Shown here: in pieces, positions 50,761 to 64,000 of the stretch | Layout of the letters: every line of letters starts with the position of its first letter | Position numbering within the stretch: the first letter of the stretch is position 1 | DNA from: Harriotta raleighana | Lineage: Eukaryota | Assembly: GCA_050575255.1 (NCBI GenBank) | Contig: JBNZDD010013696.1 | Coordinates: 2,212,716 to 2,276,715 of the forward strand | Direction of reading: 5' to 3' | DNA: 64,000 bases | Translations under genes and position numbers: made by a program | Notes under the pieces: generated by a model | Database searches by the model: none | What the model was told of the DNA's origin: nothing | The model's input: the letters and a program-made list of their open reading frames with translations, nothing else

Positions 50761-52289
50761 GACAAACATAAACAGTCACAACTGTAGATAACAAAATTGT
50801 ACCGAGGAATGTTATCAGCGGGGACCATGAAAGAGTGGTTGCATTTCCGAAAGATGAACGTGCAGGAATAGTAAATGTCATGAAAAAAAAATCCTTTGCA
50901 AAATTAAAACTTTTGAAGTCAAAGTTATTGCATTCATTACATTTGTCTTTTGAGTTACACACTTCCTTTACATAAAAATGCAATGAGAGAAGTTTTCCTC
51001 ACTGTGAAATGTGTCTCAAGGTAAAAAGCCCATCAATGTTATTTTGATTCTCCCATCTCTTGGAACAAGCATAATTATTTACACTTGTGTCGCAAGTTAA
51101 AGGTTGTCTTTAAACGCACCCAACAGGAATGGTAAGCTGCTTGAGTTATTTAATAAATAAAGCAGTGATGTTTTATGAATAAAAGAAGAATGCTTTTTAA
51201 GTGAGGTCGTTAAGATACAACGAATGGCAGAGCAAACAAGTCATGTTCTCTGCAACTAGAGGAGATATGAAAGCTATTTGAAATAGTCGGCTGTGAGCAA
51301 TCGTAATTTTGCAGATTGAAGATTTCTTAATGATGGGTTGGCAATGGACATTATGGGGGTGAATCAGAGGGTGGTACAAACTGGAACCGAATGTGATTTG
51401 AACCAAACGTTGATGGGACACCCTGCTGATTAGATCCCCTCTGCTGAAACTGCTTTTACAGAGAGCGCTGGAGAGATAGTATATTTCCTCTTCTCGTGTT
51501 ATTAAAGAGCCCGTCATGTTAACCGTCTCTCTAATAGCATTAAAAGCACACAATTTCCGAGTTTAGTGCATGCAGCTAATGCAACGGGTAGCATTACATT
51601 GGGCTTTCAAGCTCTGCGTCACTCTCCTGGTGGAAGATGATAGCACTTTACATCCAATGGTACAAATGGAGCATCAGATGCTTAATTTGAGACTTAAAAG
51701 TTAAAAGTCCTGGTCTCCACTGAAGGCTGAGCCACAAGTAAAATGTACCGAAAAATGTTTATGTGGCGGTTTTGAGAATCTAGCTGAGATGATACAAGTA
51801 GAACTGAATCAACAGCATAACATTTCGTCCAGTAAATAGCGGTGTGTTAAATTATGGCAGTGTCAACATTTTATAGGATCTAATTGGTTTGTTTGGAATG
51901 TTTATGAGTTGTTGAATCTGGCATTGAGCCAATCGAGACCAATTCTAATCCAACATGAAATCGCACGTCCAAACATTCTGCACCATTGTATCATGTTCTG
52001 AAAAAGAGAACTGCAGTCAATTTTTATTGAGGAGCTGGGCAAAGGGCCAAGCCTGTAGCTTTGGATATCAGCAAGGTTCAAGAGAGCAGATGGTAGGTAG
52101 AGTAAGAGAATAGCATGTAGTTTTGGTTGGGTGATGCAATGCTGGGTATTAGAAGTCTGTAGATTGCATTTTCTATTCTTCCTTTCTTTTTTCCCCCACT
52201 TTCAATTTGTTTTGTTTTTGTGAGAAAATAAATTGCTAGCCATCCTCTGATACCTTGCCCACAGCGGGGCGGGAGGGAGGGTGGGTATC

Positions 52290-52450
52290 AGAGAAACACA
52301 CGATTACAAGATTCGTTTGGATGAAAAAGATCCTTTGACCCAATTAACCTTATCCAAACATCTTCGCTTCCAGGGATGAAGCTGTTTTGAAACGAGTTCA
52401 GTGACTTTGCCTCGACTACAGTTCCTGGGTAAGGACAGTGGAAAATAGAA
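52290..52450 (-). mobile_element. CR1-type tail fragment
   Basis: Minus strand gtagtcgaggcaaagtcactgaactcgtttcaaaa...ttgggtcaaaggatctttttcatcc. Confidence 0.55.
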
Positions 52451-53754
52451 GCAGAGATTGGGAAGTAAATCAATCCACATTGTTGAGGTCTGGAAGCGAG
52501 TTGGTCACAGTATTTGCAAATGGGGCTTTATTCCAACCTTCGTTGCAATGTAATTTTTGTTAAAATCATAAAGTAATAATGTATATCCCGCAAGCATAGT
52601 TGTCTGCTGCTTTGGGTTGTTAAATAAATGTTAACTTTCAGTGGTTTATTTTATAAATGCCTTGTTAAATGAAAAGTGACACTCGGTGCTATGCAGGAAT
52701 CAAACAGTAAATGAATTCAGTTTGCATTAATCATATTGTCCCATGTGTTTAGGGATTTGAATATGTTTCTGACACAAATTTTGTAAAGGAACATGAACCT
52801 GAGGCTTGATATTCCACCGAGTCTCAGCCTGCGAAACCCCTTTCTTTTAATATCTAAATAAACTGCAGTTTTGTGGAAGATTCTCAAATCCAGCTGTAAT
52901 TCGTGCCCTCTTTTTCTGCAATTTTAAACAGAAGCTAGCTGTCAAATTAAGATTGAATTTAAAGATTTGTTTTCCCCACAATTCTGTGCTATGTACAATT
53001 TTTGAGACAACATGGTCTCAAAGACTAAGACCGGATAGCTGATAACTTAAAATAAATATTCGATATCCTCACCTTACTGAATTANGATAACTTAAAATAA
53101 ATATTCCATATCCTCACCTTACTGAATTATAGTATTGGTTTGGAAAACCATTGTAGAGTTTGTTTTGGCTATATATATTTAATTACTGCTTTATGTTAAT
53201 TTCATTTTTCTGCAAAGATGGAGATATCAGCTGAAATTGACAGCAATGGCCAGTGATCTGCCTGCAACATGATTGTCAATAGCTGTAATTTGGTTTGCAC
53301 CAGTTAATGGTTTCCACACCATCCCAGACAGACTGGCTGAAAATGGTGTGGAATTGGAATTGAAGCAAACCTATTATTGTCCAGTGGTGAAACGCTACAC
53401 TGTGGTCCCAAAAGACTGCTTCAATTCCTTTCCTTTCTCTAAATGTAGCAAGTAAGTTTAGAACCAATTATCCCAGGTTTTGAACCACAGTATTGTGACA
53501 TAAAACGCCTTAGATTGTGCCCAGTTACACCACTGGTTAGGATTAAATGAATCCCCATTACCATGTTGTAACTGAACTCTATTACAACTAATTGTGTTGT
53601 ATGAAGTTTCAATTTTTTTTCCCTGTTGATTTGGTTATCTATCACTGTTCATATCTGGGATGCTGAGATGGACTCCATCTTACTTACCGGGAAGAAAATG
53701 AGTCATTATCCTACCAGCGTGAATTCGAAACACAGCATTTTAGTTCTTTGAGTG

Positions 53755-53880
53755 ATGTTACATAGAATATACAGCACAGAAATAGGCCATTCAACCCAAC
53801 TGGTCTATGCAGGCATTTGTGCTCCACGAGGTTTCTCTTGCACCTCCTCAACTAAGCCGAGCAGCATAACCTTCTAGGGC
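53755..53880 (-). mobile_element. CR1 3' end fragment
   Basis: catagaatatacagcacagaaataggccattcaaccc, similar to 44150-44210. Confidence 0.75.
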
Positions 53881-55329
53881 TATGTATGGGCTAGCCGTCG
53901 CAATGCAGCACATCACAGTGCATCCCCAGATCCCAAGGGAAATAGTCTTAACAGCAGAGAAGAACAGGAAGAATTTAAAAATACAAAAACAGCATCTCGA
54001 TGTTACAACATGCCAATGATACACAGGGGGGTAAAACGTGCCCTTTGCAAATTGCTAAAAAAAAAACTGTTTTTGTTCCACTTGTTAATTATACCATCAT
54101 ATCTTATGGTGAAAGATGCATTAATAAAAACGATGTACAAGTTGTCTGTCTTGCACCCACGACCCATCCTCCACCCTCCATTCTGTGTGATCTTAACTGA
54201 ATGTTAAAGTCTTGCATAATAGTCTTGCTGCTTGAGCCTTGAATGATTCGGGGTCCCTGACAGTTTATTCACAAGCTCAATGCTGCCTGGTGCGAGAACC
54301 TATGACTGATGTGCTTGTAGAGACATTTAGGTTACGATTATGGTGCAAGACGGCTTGTCCTTCATCACCTGCGTTCGCAATAATATTCCTCAATTTGCTC
54401 GCAATCCGAAAGCAAAACGCAATAAAATGACGAGAGATCATTTCACCAAATTGCAACATTAAAATTTTACGCATCAATCATAGAGATCCATTTTACAAGA
54501 TTTTTTTCCCTTTTGGGTACTCTGAGCCGCGCTACTCACCTTCTGTCTTCTCCTTCAGTCTAATTTAAGGTCATTTGATAACTTCCCTTTAATTTGTTTG
54601 GCTTTTCTCTAATGGGCCTGATATAAGGAAGGCACAGGGGAAGCTTTTTCCTTCAGTTATTGTACTTGTGCACCATTGAAATGATTCTGCAGGGACATAT
54701 TACCCAGATTGCATGGTGACTAGCAAAATGCATAGAGAGAGAAGTACATGGCAATGAGATACTTTGTCTAATATCTCTCATCTGAAATGTTGTATTCGAA
54801 CATGAGTAAAGAGACAAGTTCCCTGCAACATATCTCCCAGGCTCTCAGAGAATAACCAGGAAATCAAATGGGAATGGAACGAAAATTAATCAATATAAGA
54901 ACTCAGAAAGCGAATATTGTAATTTTTAGTCAATTTTCCCACTCTTCTTCTCCCTACCCCGATCCCTCCCCCCCGTTCTGGTCCCTACCTGACTGTTCAG
55001 TGCCTTGAGACGTCCTCCTGACGTGAAAGGCGCTCTATAAATGTAATTTCGATTGATTGATTATAGTATTCAAATTGACACACCATTCAAAAGCAGAAAT
55101 CTCTCTCATTGTCATCCGTTCTCTTATTTGCTTCAAGAGTTGAATCTAGATTGGTATCGGAGCTGATATACGCCCTCTAGAGTTCATTCAATTGGATGGT
55201 TTGGGTACCGAGAAGCCACCCCAGTATCCATCACCATTTCTTGTAAGCTACTTTCCTTCATGCACGTTTGTCTTCACAAAAGCTCTGTTTCGGATGCATC
55301 AGAAAACACAGGGATGGTTGACAGTCAAA

Positions 55330-55742
55330 GAACTCACATCTTTCAGGAGGACATCTTAAAGTACTTCACAGGATTCTCTGCAAACTGTTGTGATTGTGTA
55401 CCTTATGTGAACATGATAGCTAATTTGCGTGCAGCGATGTTCCACAAATGGTCATGAAGTGAGTAAATGACCAATTTTATCTGGAGGGTTGATTGTTGGC
55501 CAGGGTGTTGTGAGAAAATCCCTTCTCGCTTCGAATCGCGCTAAAGAATCTTTCAAGTTTACTTGGAACAGGCAGAAAGTGCATCAGTTTACTGTCTAAC
55601 ATAAAGGATGGCACCTCCAACAATGTGTTGCGTTCATCCCAGCACCAATTTGGCTTGGATTGTGTCAGAAGGTTGCGGGTTCCAGCCCAGGGTGAAGGTT
55701 TTAACTCGGAGGCGAGAGTACTACCAACTTAGCCAAACTGAC
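55330..55742 (-). mobile_element. Old Deu-domain SINE
   Basis: Homologous to 31390-31805, with head gtcagtttggctaagttggtagtactctcgcctccgag on minus. Confidence 0.78.
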
Positions 55743-55944
55743 GAGCTAAGCACAAATCATTGGTTCAACTTGTCAAGAAACTGCAAGGCGAGCAGTTCAA
55801 TAAATCCACCGTGTGCTAAAAGGCTTCAGTGTTTCATCAACTTCAAGGTAGCTCAGTTAGAAACTGAAGTGATATCTTATGATTATAGGCTCCCATTTTC
55901 AAGGCATCTCAGAGACTTGTCTACCATCTGACAGTCAATTTCAG

Positions 55945-56145
55945 ATCCTGTGCCCAGCTGGGTGAAACCTTGGGCAAATTTCCTTACTCCACAGGCCTAA
56001 TAATAATCCCTCAAACAAAATTGGTCATTACAATGTACAACTGTGCGTAATTGGCTGCCATGTTTCGGCCACCCATATACAGTCAATTAACTTTACAGTA
56101 TATTCTGTGAAGCATTTTGAGATGTCTAGAAGATGTGAAAAGCAA
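55945..56145 (+). mobile_element. SINE lacking most of the tRNA head
   Basis: gaaaccttgggcaaatttccttactccac...tail. Confidence 0.88.
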
Positions 56146-57239
56146 CAAAATCTGTTGAATTATTTTTTGGGTGTTTTATTTTGAAAAATAAAGTTCTTCC
56201 TTGAATGACTTTTTGTATTAAAAAAAAAGGCACTTGGTAAATAATTTAGAGTTCATTTTCTATGACAAGTGCAAGTGCTATTTATAGTAAGTGGTTCCAG
56301 CATTCAATTTGATGAAGGGGTGATAGATAGGAATTATCAAAGTAAATCGAGTGATTGAATATGGCTGCTTACGTGGTCTCCAAAGAGTTTGAACTGAGAG
56401 TTCGGTACTCTTGGGGGTAAAAAGAGGTTGTTAAATCTACATTGGAGAGCAACTATTTCAGCAAGAACGACAATCAGTCAGAAAAAGGAAGATATCAAAT
56501 ATTTATTGAATTTAATGTTTAGTCAAAATGCCAAACTCTTATAAAAAGGAAAGTGTATTTCGCAAAGCAAATAATGGCGGACAAGAAGGAACAGGCATTT
56601 TTTCTTGTAAAGTAGTTTAAAGCAGAATTTGTTTGTACTTTGCGAAAGAGAAACAGTATTGCATTTAGTTCACGGTTTTAATTTGCACTGCTTCGACGGG
56701 GCCCCCTTTATTTTGCTTGTTCACAAGTGCAACGCAAAATGACTGGCTACCGTGGCCCTCAATAACGCTGCATATTTAAAACTTTCCCTTCAAGGAGTGT
56801 AGGCAAGTATATTAGTTCATTTATTTTCCTCGAAAAATGAGCAACTTGAAAAGCAAATATAAAAGAAAATGTACCTTATTATTTGCACGCTTATCTTCTG
56901 TGCTGTTGGCATGGACAGTGTGGGTTGGAGAAGCAATACTTCATTGAACTCAGTAACAATGCACAGCTAATAGGTAGGCCGCCTGAAGCTATCTGTATTC
57001 TCTTTCTATCTTTGCTGCTTTCTTTTCTAGACACTAATTGATCTGCTGTGGATCGCCAGCATTTTCAGTTTTTATTTCAGATTTCCATCATCTGCCGTTT
57101 TTCTCTTTATCCCCACAGAATATTCCTAGTGACTGGCAAAACATCTAAATTTAATAATGATACAGTATCTGCTTTGGTACTTGGCTCCAGAGCTTTTTTT
57201 GTCAAGCTCCGATCAAGATTACCTCAATGAAATTTATCG

Positions 57240-57530
57240 TCTGAGCACTGAAAGGTTGGAGGTGTTGACCTTCAGATCAGACCTTAAACGCAGGTCCCAT
57301 CTGTCAGTTTAGGTGGAAGTTAAGGATCCCATGGAATTGTTTGAAAAGAGAAGGGAGTTTCTCTCACTGTTCTGGACAACAATCCTGCAATTAACTGATC
57401 ATTAAGTCATGGTGGTTTGCGGGACGTTGCTGTGTTGAATTGCATTATTCAACTGCAAAACATACAGCACCTGTTCTTTCAGAAGTTTCTACAATGTGAT
57501 AAGACATTATATCGAATACAAGGAATATGA
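57240..57530 (+). mobile_element. Old Deu-domain SINE fragment
   Basis: gttggaggtg...ttcagatcagaccttaaacgcaggtcccatctg...aggtggaagttaaggatcccatgg. Confidence 0.75.
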
Positions 57531-57869
57531 TTTATCACCATAACCCTCAGCTCATTCTTATCTACCGAAGCATTCCCGTCTCCAAACCTAATCTAAATAA
57601 ATTCCCGGTTGCCTTATTTATAACCTGTGCCAACGTGTCTGCTCCCCATCGAAATAATGATAGCATTTGATACATTGGCCATAACTTTGAGACTGTCTAT
57701 CTTAATGCGCTTCACAAAATATCTGTTGATGAACAGCAGTAGTTGTCTCCAGCCTATCCTTCCTTCAAAAGTTCCTTCTTCCTGAAAAAGTTCCCCGTTA
57801 TCTAGAAACTCGATTCTCTCCGACACACCGTTTAACTTAGCATCCTTGAAGCTAGTCATTCCTTCATTG

Positions 57870-58222
57870 ATAAAATAATAATATAATAAATAAACCTTAC
57901 ATTTTGATATAGCACTTTTCACATCTTCTCTTTTCATATCTTATCACATCTTAACGTCTCAAAGCGCTTCACAGAATGTATTGTAAAGTGAATTGAACTG
58001 AAGTGAACTGTATATTTGTGGGCAAAACGCAGCAGCCAATTGTGCTCAGCAGTGTTCCACAAACAGTCATGGATTGAAATGACCAAATTTATTAATGTGT
58101 TTTGGATGGATTTTTATGAAGGAAAAGAAGTAAGGAAACTTGCCCAAACTTTCGCCCTGACCTTCCTGGATTTGAACACAGGCTCATGCTTATAAGGCGA
58201 GTGCTCGAACCACTGAGCTACA
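57870..58222 (-). mobile_element. Full-length SINE (dominant family) with small internal duplications
   Basis: Head at 58160-58222 and tail at 57870-57990. Confidence 0.9.
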
Positions 58223-59304
58223 AAAGCTACACAAAATGCTCCTAGACGCCGTCCAGCATGAAGGGCACTGTATAAATGCAAGTTGTTCTTGTTCATTGGC
58301 CCTAGATCAGGGCGACTGCAGCCACTCGATCATCCAGTTGAACATGATTCACTTATTGGAGTTTAAACAAGCGGCTTGCCAAATACCGCACCAGTTCAGA
58401 CAAGTCAACAACAACTTGTGCTTATATAGCACCCTCCACGCAGAGAAGCATCTGAGTGCTTAAACGTCTACAACAAAGTTCTTGTAGCTATCGAGCCTCG
58501 GACCTCAGACTCCACATTTTACTCAAAGCAGGAATTCAGTTTATTCTGTGTATTGTATGTTAGTTGACTTCACATATTAGGCTCATGGTTCAATTTGTTG
58601 TCACAGTTGCTATAGCCTAAAGCAATGGGATGCCTTATCAATTCCCTTTGTCTTAAATTTACTTGTATATCAATTTCCATCTTGGATAACTATTATATTG
58701 AGCACAGTGCTTCCTTGATATTTCTTCCAGATCAGGTTATGAAATGTCACATTGTGGGCAGCTCATCCTTCAAAGGCAATCTTCTCAAAACAGTGCCTGA
58801 GCCTCTCACATGTATTCTCCAGGGATATAAATCTGAGACCTCGCTATTTGAAAGCAAACTTAAAAAATCAAGTTTTTTTTTTGGGAGGGGGTCATGTACA
58901 TGATAAAGGAACAGCTGTCTTTTGTCATAGACATCGAGCATTGAGCAACAATGAATGCAGTCTAGCATTGAACACGTGCACTGCACTCTGTACAATGTGA
59001 GATTTCTCACACAAAATGTGTTGTATTAATTGCAGCTGCCGGTTGGCGAATGACAGATTGCGAGCGCTTGCAAAAATAGAAACAAGCCATCAAAAATGCA
59101 GACAAATAGCTTGGCAACGAAAAACTGTCCTTTCACCCACAGAGTTTTTCCTTTGAATTTTGCCGATTTGGGATTTGCAAATTGTCATTTCAAGACCCTC
59201 GTCATCCAAGATTTGAAACTGAAATTGCTAATAAACAGATCTTTGCCCCCAGTGTCATGGTGGACTGCAGGCTATTTATTTTTCCCTGCAGGATGATGGA
59301 TTCC

Positions 59305-59460
59305 AATAATAATAACAAAAGTCCTCACATTTGATAAAGCGCCTTATCACGTCTTCAAGACATCTCTAAGCGCTTCTCAGAATATACTCTAAAGTAAATT
59401 GACTGTACATTTTGTGGTCGAAACGTGGCAGGCAATTGCGCACAGCAGTGTCCCACAGTG
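59305..59460 (-). mobile_element. SINE 3' half
   Basis: Tail and body match the dominant family. Confidence 0.85.
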
Positions 59461-61257
59461 GTCAGGATGATAATAGCAATATCACAATCGATCAGAGCAT
59501 CAACATTTCAGTCCTCCCTTCCAAACAAGCGGCTGTTTCTTAAGTGAGTCCCAGCCACTTAGCCATCAACCACCCTTCCTGTCGCCTGCACGAGTTGTTA
59601 ATTAATCTTATCAAGAAATATTCAGGTATCTGTCTGAAATTGGCTTTCATGCTCCAAAACTTGTAGCCTCTTGATCTGCTGCTCTGACATAGCTGGTAAC
59701 ATTGTTGTGTGTGATCTCGAGCACTGTTTTTTGAGTAGGCCCGGCTAAAGTTTGCTTAAATTGCCTCAAAGGAAATTTGTCAGACTTTTGACATCTATGA
59801 CACAGCTGGGGGAAAAACGAAACCATATGCATAAAACTTTTAGAAGACTCAGCCATATATCTTGTTTAGTGTAGATTTGGTGCTATTGAGCAATCATTCC
59901 ATTGAGTTACAGAGCAGGTGACAGGTAAAATCCAATTCTTTCAATAACATGGATTGTCGCATCTTCACAGCAGGCGGGAATGGATTGGAAAATGTCGGGT
60001 CTGAAATATTTGACATGGGAAGAGGTCCCTTATTTCATATAAGAATAGGAATCTAATATTGACATTATAAGTTATTGATTTCTTTTTTAAAAAAACGACA
60101 GAACAAAATAGCCTTCTGCTTTACAGAGTGAAATGCAATTTTCAGACAGACACCCAGTGCTACATGCTACATACGTCTTGTTGAACAGTGTGACAATCAT
60201 TGACATAGCTGATTTCCCAGAAGAGCTATGATCCGCAAATAGAATGACTGCAGACTACAGAGACACGGCTGTGTGATGCTGCTGGAGATTTTTGCATTGG
60301 ATTTTCAAGAAAATCACAGGCTCGCTCACCTAAGGTTTGCGGTTTCAGAACCAAAGTCAATTCTACTAGGGGAGGTTTTAACATTATTTAACTGACTTGA
60401 GTAATCAAAGCATTTCAGACCGATACACAGCACGCTCACACTTTTGACTTATTTTCAATCACAGTTCTTGATGAAATGACATTTTCATTGCAAGTTATAA
60501 TCATCCATTTTAGCCCGTGTCTGCGGCTAATAAAAGCAGCAAACCAATGAGGCAACACACAAGTGTGGAACACAACTTAATCTTAATTACTGCATGTTGT
60601 TTTTCTTTTCGCAGGATTAATATTTCAGCAGGCTAATCCTAGGTATTGTGGTTGGAAAATGTAAATAAATTGTATACTGTGCGGTAAGTCTCTTGCCTGA
60701 CATGCCAATATATTCTTATTAGTGAAAATCTTCAAGCTTCATTTTGTGGCGAAACAGCAACAGAGCCACTGCAGAAAAAAGTCTGTACCAATGATGAAAA
60801 CAAATCCATTACCCTGAATCATTTTAGTTGCCAAATGAAGCATGTTTTGTCGAATATAATTTTACGCTTTACTGCTAACAATTACAAAGTGCACTTTTTA
60901 AACACGTTTCATGAAGCTGTTCTGTCCCTGGAGCCTGGAGTTTACATGTTGCGGGAATCTTTAACGCTTTCTTTTGCAAGCTCCGCACTCCTCACTCACC
61001 CCTCCCAAAAAAAAAGTCGCCCTAATGAGATGTTGCTCTTTTAAGATTCAAACAAATCATACACTGGTGGTAATGAGACTGTCTGTTTTTACAATTAACT
61101 TCCTCTCCAGTTTCTTCTCATTATCGAGTGTTGCTTAGGGTGAAGCAACCTGGTCTGTGAACCCAAGCTTGCTAAAACAAATTGCCTCAAAATATAGAAT
61201 TATGCACAGTTCAATACAGATTTTATTTAGAGGCTAGTTTTGTCTTTAGAACTGCAG

Positions 61258-61317
61258 TGGTGTGGGTGGGTGGGTGGGTGGGTGAGTGGGTATGGGTACG
61301 TGGTGGGTGGGAGGGGA
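61258..61317. repeat. (GGGT)n microsatellite, G-quadruplex-capable
   Basis: tgggtgggtgggtgggtgggtg... Confidence 0.85.
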
Positions 61318-62224
61318 AGTAGTATTGAATTCAACACCAAACTCAATAATTTACCCCCAATTCTGAACGACCTTGAGTATTAAGACAAATTAACCAGTTT
61401 GCAGGATTCAGCATTCCGACACAAACTAAACATGTTAGATGGAGATCTGTCTGGACTTGTAAGATTCAGTATTGGAATGATAATGTATCGATAGTATCGT
61501 CATTTCAATTCCTCACAAGTAGATAAAATTTCACAGAGAAGATAAACAACTTGTGATAGACATCACCCATGAAGCACAACACCAGAGCAGGTGCCACGAA
61601 AGATTTTGTGCCTCACAGAAACTGATCAGTAACTGGGCGAGTGTGAACACACGCAGGTCAGCATTGCGCACTCGGATTCCATACAGCAGAGGTGAACTAC
61701 TTTTAAGAACGACAAGGTGATGAGGTGCGGGAAGACAGCAGAACTCAACCTTACAACGATAGATGTTCTTTTTGAAGCGAAATGGAAGAAATTGCGTCCC
61801 AAGGAAATAGAACGCTTCATCACATTCACTGTCAAGCGGAGTGACTCTGCATATGTTGTGACAAAGAAAAATTAATCAAGTGAATGACCAATTTTAGTTT
61901 AATCTGGTTGTTGGTGGCCAGCACACTAGGAGAAACTCCCTTTTACTTTCCGAGGACTGCACGATACTGAAAGCAAATCTGCACGTAAACAAAATGAAAC
62001 AACAACAACAAAATTACCTTTTCAGAGCACCTTTCATGTCGGGTGGACGTCCCAAGGCACTGAAACGTGACTCATAAAATTATAGACCAGTTTAGCCTCA
62101 CACCTATTGGGGTGGGAAATCACAGACAGAACTGCATATAATAAACTCTCATTGTTTGAGAACAACAGCAACAAAATTACACTCGGATAGCGCCTTTCAT
62201 GTCAGGACGACATTTTAAAGCACT

Positions 62225-63060
62225 GGAGAAAGTAACTAAACTCATGGACAAGAGTCATGGTAGCATAATTTACCTAGATCTTCAGATTAATTTTGATCAA
62301 GTTCCACCTGCGGAGATGTTTCCAACCAGGGTTAAAAGCTCGCGGAATTTAATGTCAAATTACCTGGTAGGATTGATTCTGGCTTTGTTGTACAAAGAAT
62401 GAGATGATGGCAAGTTGAGCCTGGAGGGCAATGAATTGTGAAATTCCACAATGATCTATTCTGGGCACCCTACTGTTCACACTATTCATAAATGACTTGG
62501 AGAAGCACACATCTTGTAATATCAGGTNCTGGGCACCCTACTGTTCACACTATTCATAAATGACTTGGAGAAGCACACATCTTGTAATATCAGGTTGTGT
62601 AGGCAGGTGAATAATATCAGAGTGATAACATAGCATCCAGGAAGCACTAGACCAATTAAACAGATGAGCCGAGAAGTGGCAGATGGATTTTAAAGTACAT
62701 AAATATAAGGCGTTGCCCATTGGAACGAGAAACAGTAGACCTATAATGAAGAGGTAATAGAGATGGAGAAGGATAAAGTTTGAGTGCAATTATTTTCAAT
62801 TCACCGAATTTTCCCAGACCACATTAATCTGTGGAGACCAAAGTCCATCATATGCTAGGGTGCTTCTTGAGGGCATTTGACTATCAGTCAAAAGATATTC
62901 TTCAAACACCATGCAGATCACTGGTGGGGGCCTGTGTTAAATACAGTGTGCGGTTTTGAGCCCCGTACCTTGAAAAGGACATTGAGGCATTGGAAAATGT
63001 TTCAGAGAAGAATCATCAGGGTTTGGCTCCCTCAGTTATAAGAAGAGGCTATACAGCCTC
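62225..63060 (+). mobile_element. Degenerate CR1 reverse transcriptase fragment
   Basis: Remnants of IYLDFQKAFDKVP (IIYLDLQINFDQVP), PQGSVLGPLLF.LFINDL, WQMDF and YCVQFWSP motifs, with stops. Confidence 0.88.
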
Positions 63061-63079
63061 ATTAGACTAATATGAAAAT

Positions 63080-63370
63080 ATTAATCCTTGCTTTTGGTAT
63101 AGTGTCTTGTAGACGTCTCAAAGCACTACATGTTTTGCACGTCCCCCCCCAAATTATAATGAATTAGTCATTTCAATCCACATCTGTTTGTGGGACACTC
63201 CTATGTACAATTGGCTGCCGCGTTTCACCCACAAATATACAGTCAATTCACTTTACAGTATATTCTGTGAAGCGCTTTGAGACTTCTAGAAGATGTGGAA
63301 AGTGCTATTTGAAATATAAGGACCAATAGAATATACTGTGAAGCGAATTGACTGTATATTTTGTGGGCTG
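63080..63370. mobile_element. Cluster of SINE fragments (minus tail, plus 3' half at 63155-63322, minus fragment)
   Basis: Matches the dominant family. Confidence 0.85.
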
Positions 63371-63820
63371 TAGATATATCCTGGCTATTTGACTTAGACT
63401 ATAAAATCAGAATTCAAGGGCAAGGGAGGAAAAGTCTTTTTAGATCATCTTTCTTTCTGGCCTTTATATATGTTACTACTTCAAATCTAGTAACCTATTT
63501 TAAAATCTTGATTTACAACCAACTGAGGCATATTTACATGTAACGGAATGTTACTTAATTATAAAGATTGAAGCTAGAATAAATCGACTTTTGTTGAGAA
63601 ACAAAGTACAAGGCTAGACCTACGTGAAAGAAACAATGCAAATATACCAAACAGTAAAATATGCAGTTGTTTCTGTCAGTCACTGATGAAGGAGTCATTA
63701 TTCAGGAGAAATAAAGTCACCATTGAGTTATCAGATGTTCCTTTTTCATGGAATATGTCGGATTTCGACTATTTCTCAAAATATATAACAAAGTACTGTA
63801 TGTAATAGTAATATGTAAGT

Positions 63821-63891
63821 GTCAGCCTGGCTCACTGGTAGCACTCTCACTTGGAGTCAGACGGTTATGCTACCAACTGAGCCAGGCTAAC
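63821..63891. mobile_element. Two inverted Deu-SINE tRNA heads fused into a hairpin
   Basis: gtcagcctggctcactggtagca ... tgctaccaactgagccaggctaac. Confidence 0.8.
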
Positions 63892-64000
63892 ATCTGGCTG
63901 GATATCTGGTTGGAATGAGCATAATTTTACATTCTGTTTAAAAATAGGTAATGTCTTTGAAGGAGGAGCCACTTGAAATAAATTACCCACTTAACCAGCC

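Noticed and set aside
40000-64000. Downstream protein-coding gene (e.g. a contactin expected from synteny)
   Set aside because: No signal-peptide or Ig-domain exon and no CpG-island promoter recognised; ORFs here are random or LINE-derived.
1-64000. CRISPR arrays, operons, REST/NRSE site
   Set aside because: Eukaryotic intron-exon DNA with no regularly spaced repeat-spacer array; no convincing match to the 21-bp NRSE consensus was seen.

Overview
Vertebrate genomic DNA, not prokaryotic. The repeat content (tRNA-headed CORE/Deu-type SINEs, CR1 and L2 LINE fragments) points to a cartilaginous fish, probably a holocephalan such as the elephant shark; this is an inference. The + strand of 1-~39.9 kb carries the 3' end of an L1-family neural cell adhesion gene, best identified as CHL1. 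Exons seen are FN3-4 second half (10325-10504), a candidate Ser/Thr/Pro-rich cassette exon (19071-19142), two exons making a complete fifth FN3 domain (20838-20951, 21324-21485), the transmembrane exon (22768-22899, repeated identically at 24656-24787 across a single-N join, almost certainly an assembly artefact), a 73-nt cytoplasmic exon (29265-29337), a 12-nt RSLE microexon (34780-34791) and the terminal exon with FIGQY and the stop (36616-36835), followed by a ~3 kb repeat-free 3' UTR. 40-64 kb is intergenic and repeat-rich with no recognisable host coding exon. The most notable biology is that this CHL1 has a full FN3-5, the RSLE microexon and FIGQY, all of which mammalian CHL1 lacks or has altered. 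There are also several hairpin/MITE structures and inverted SINEs bracketing an exon. I see no evidence for a wholly new biological system; nearly all listed ORFs are noise or retroelement debris.
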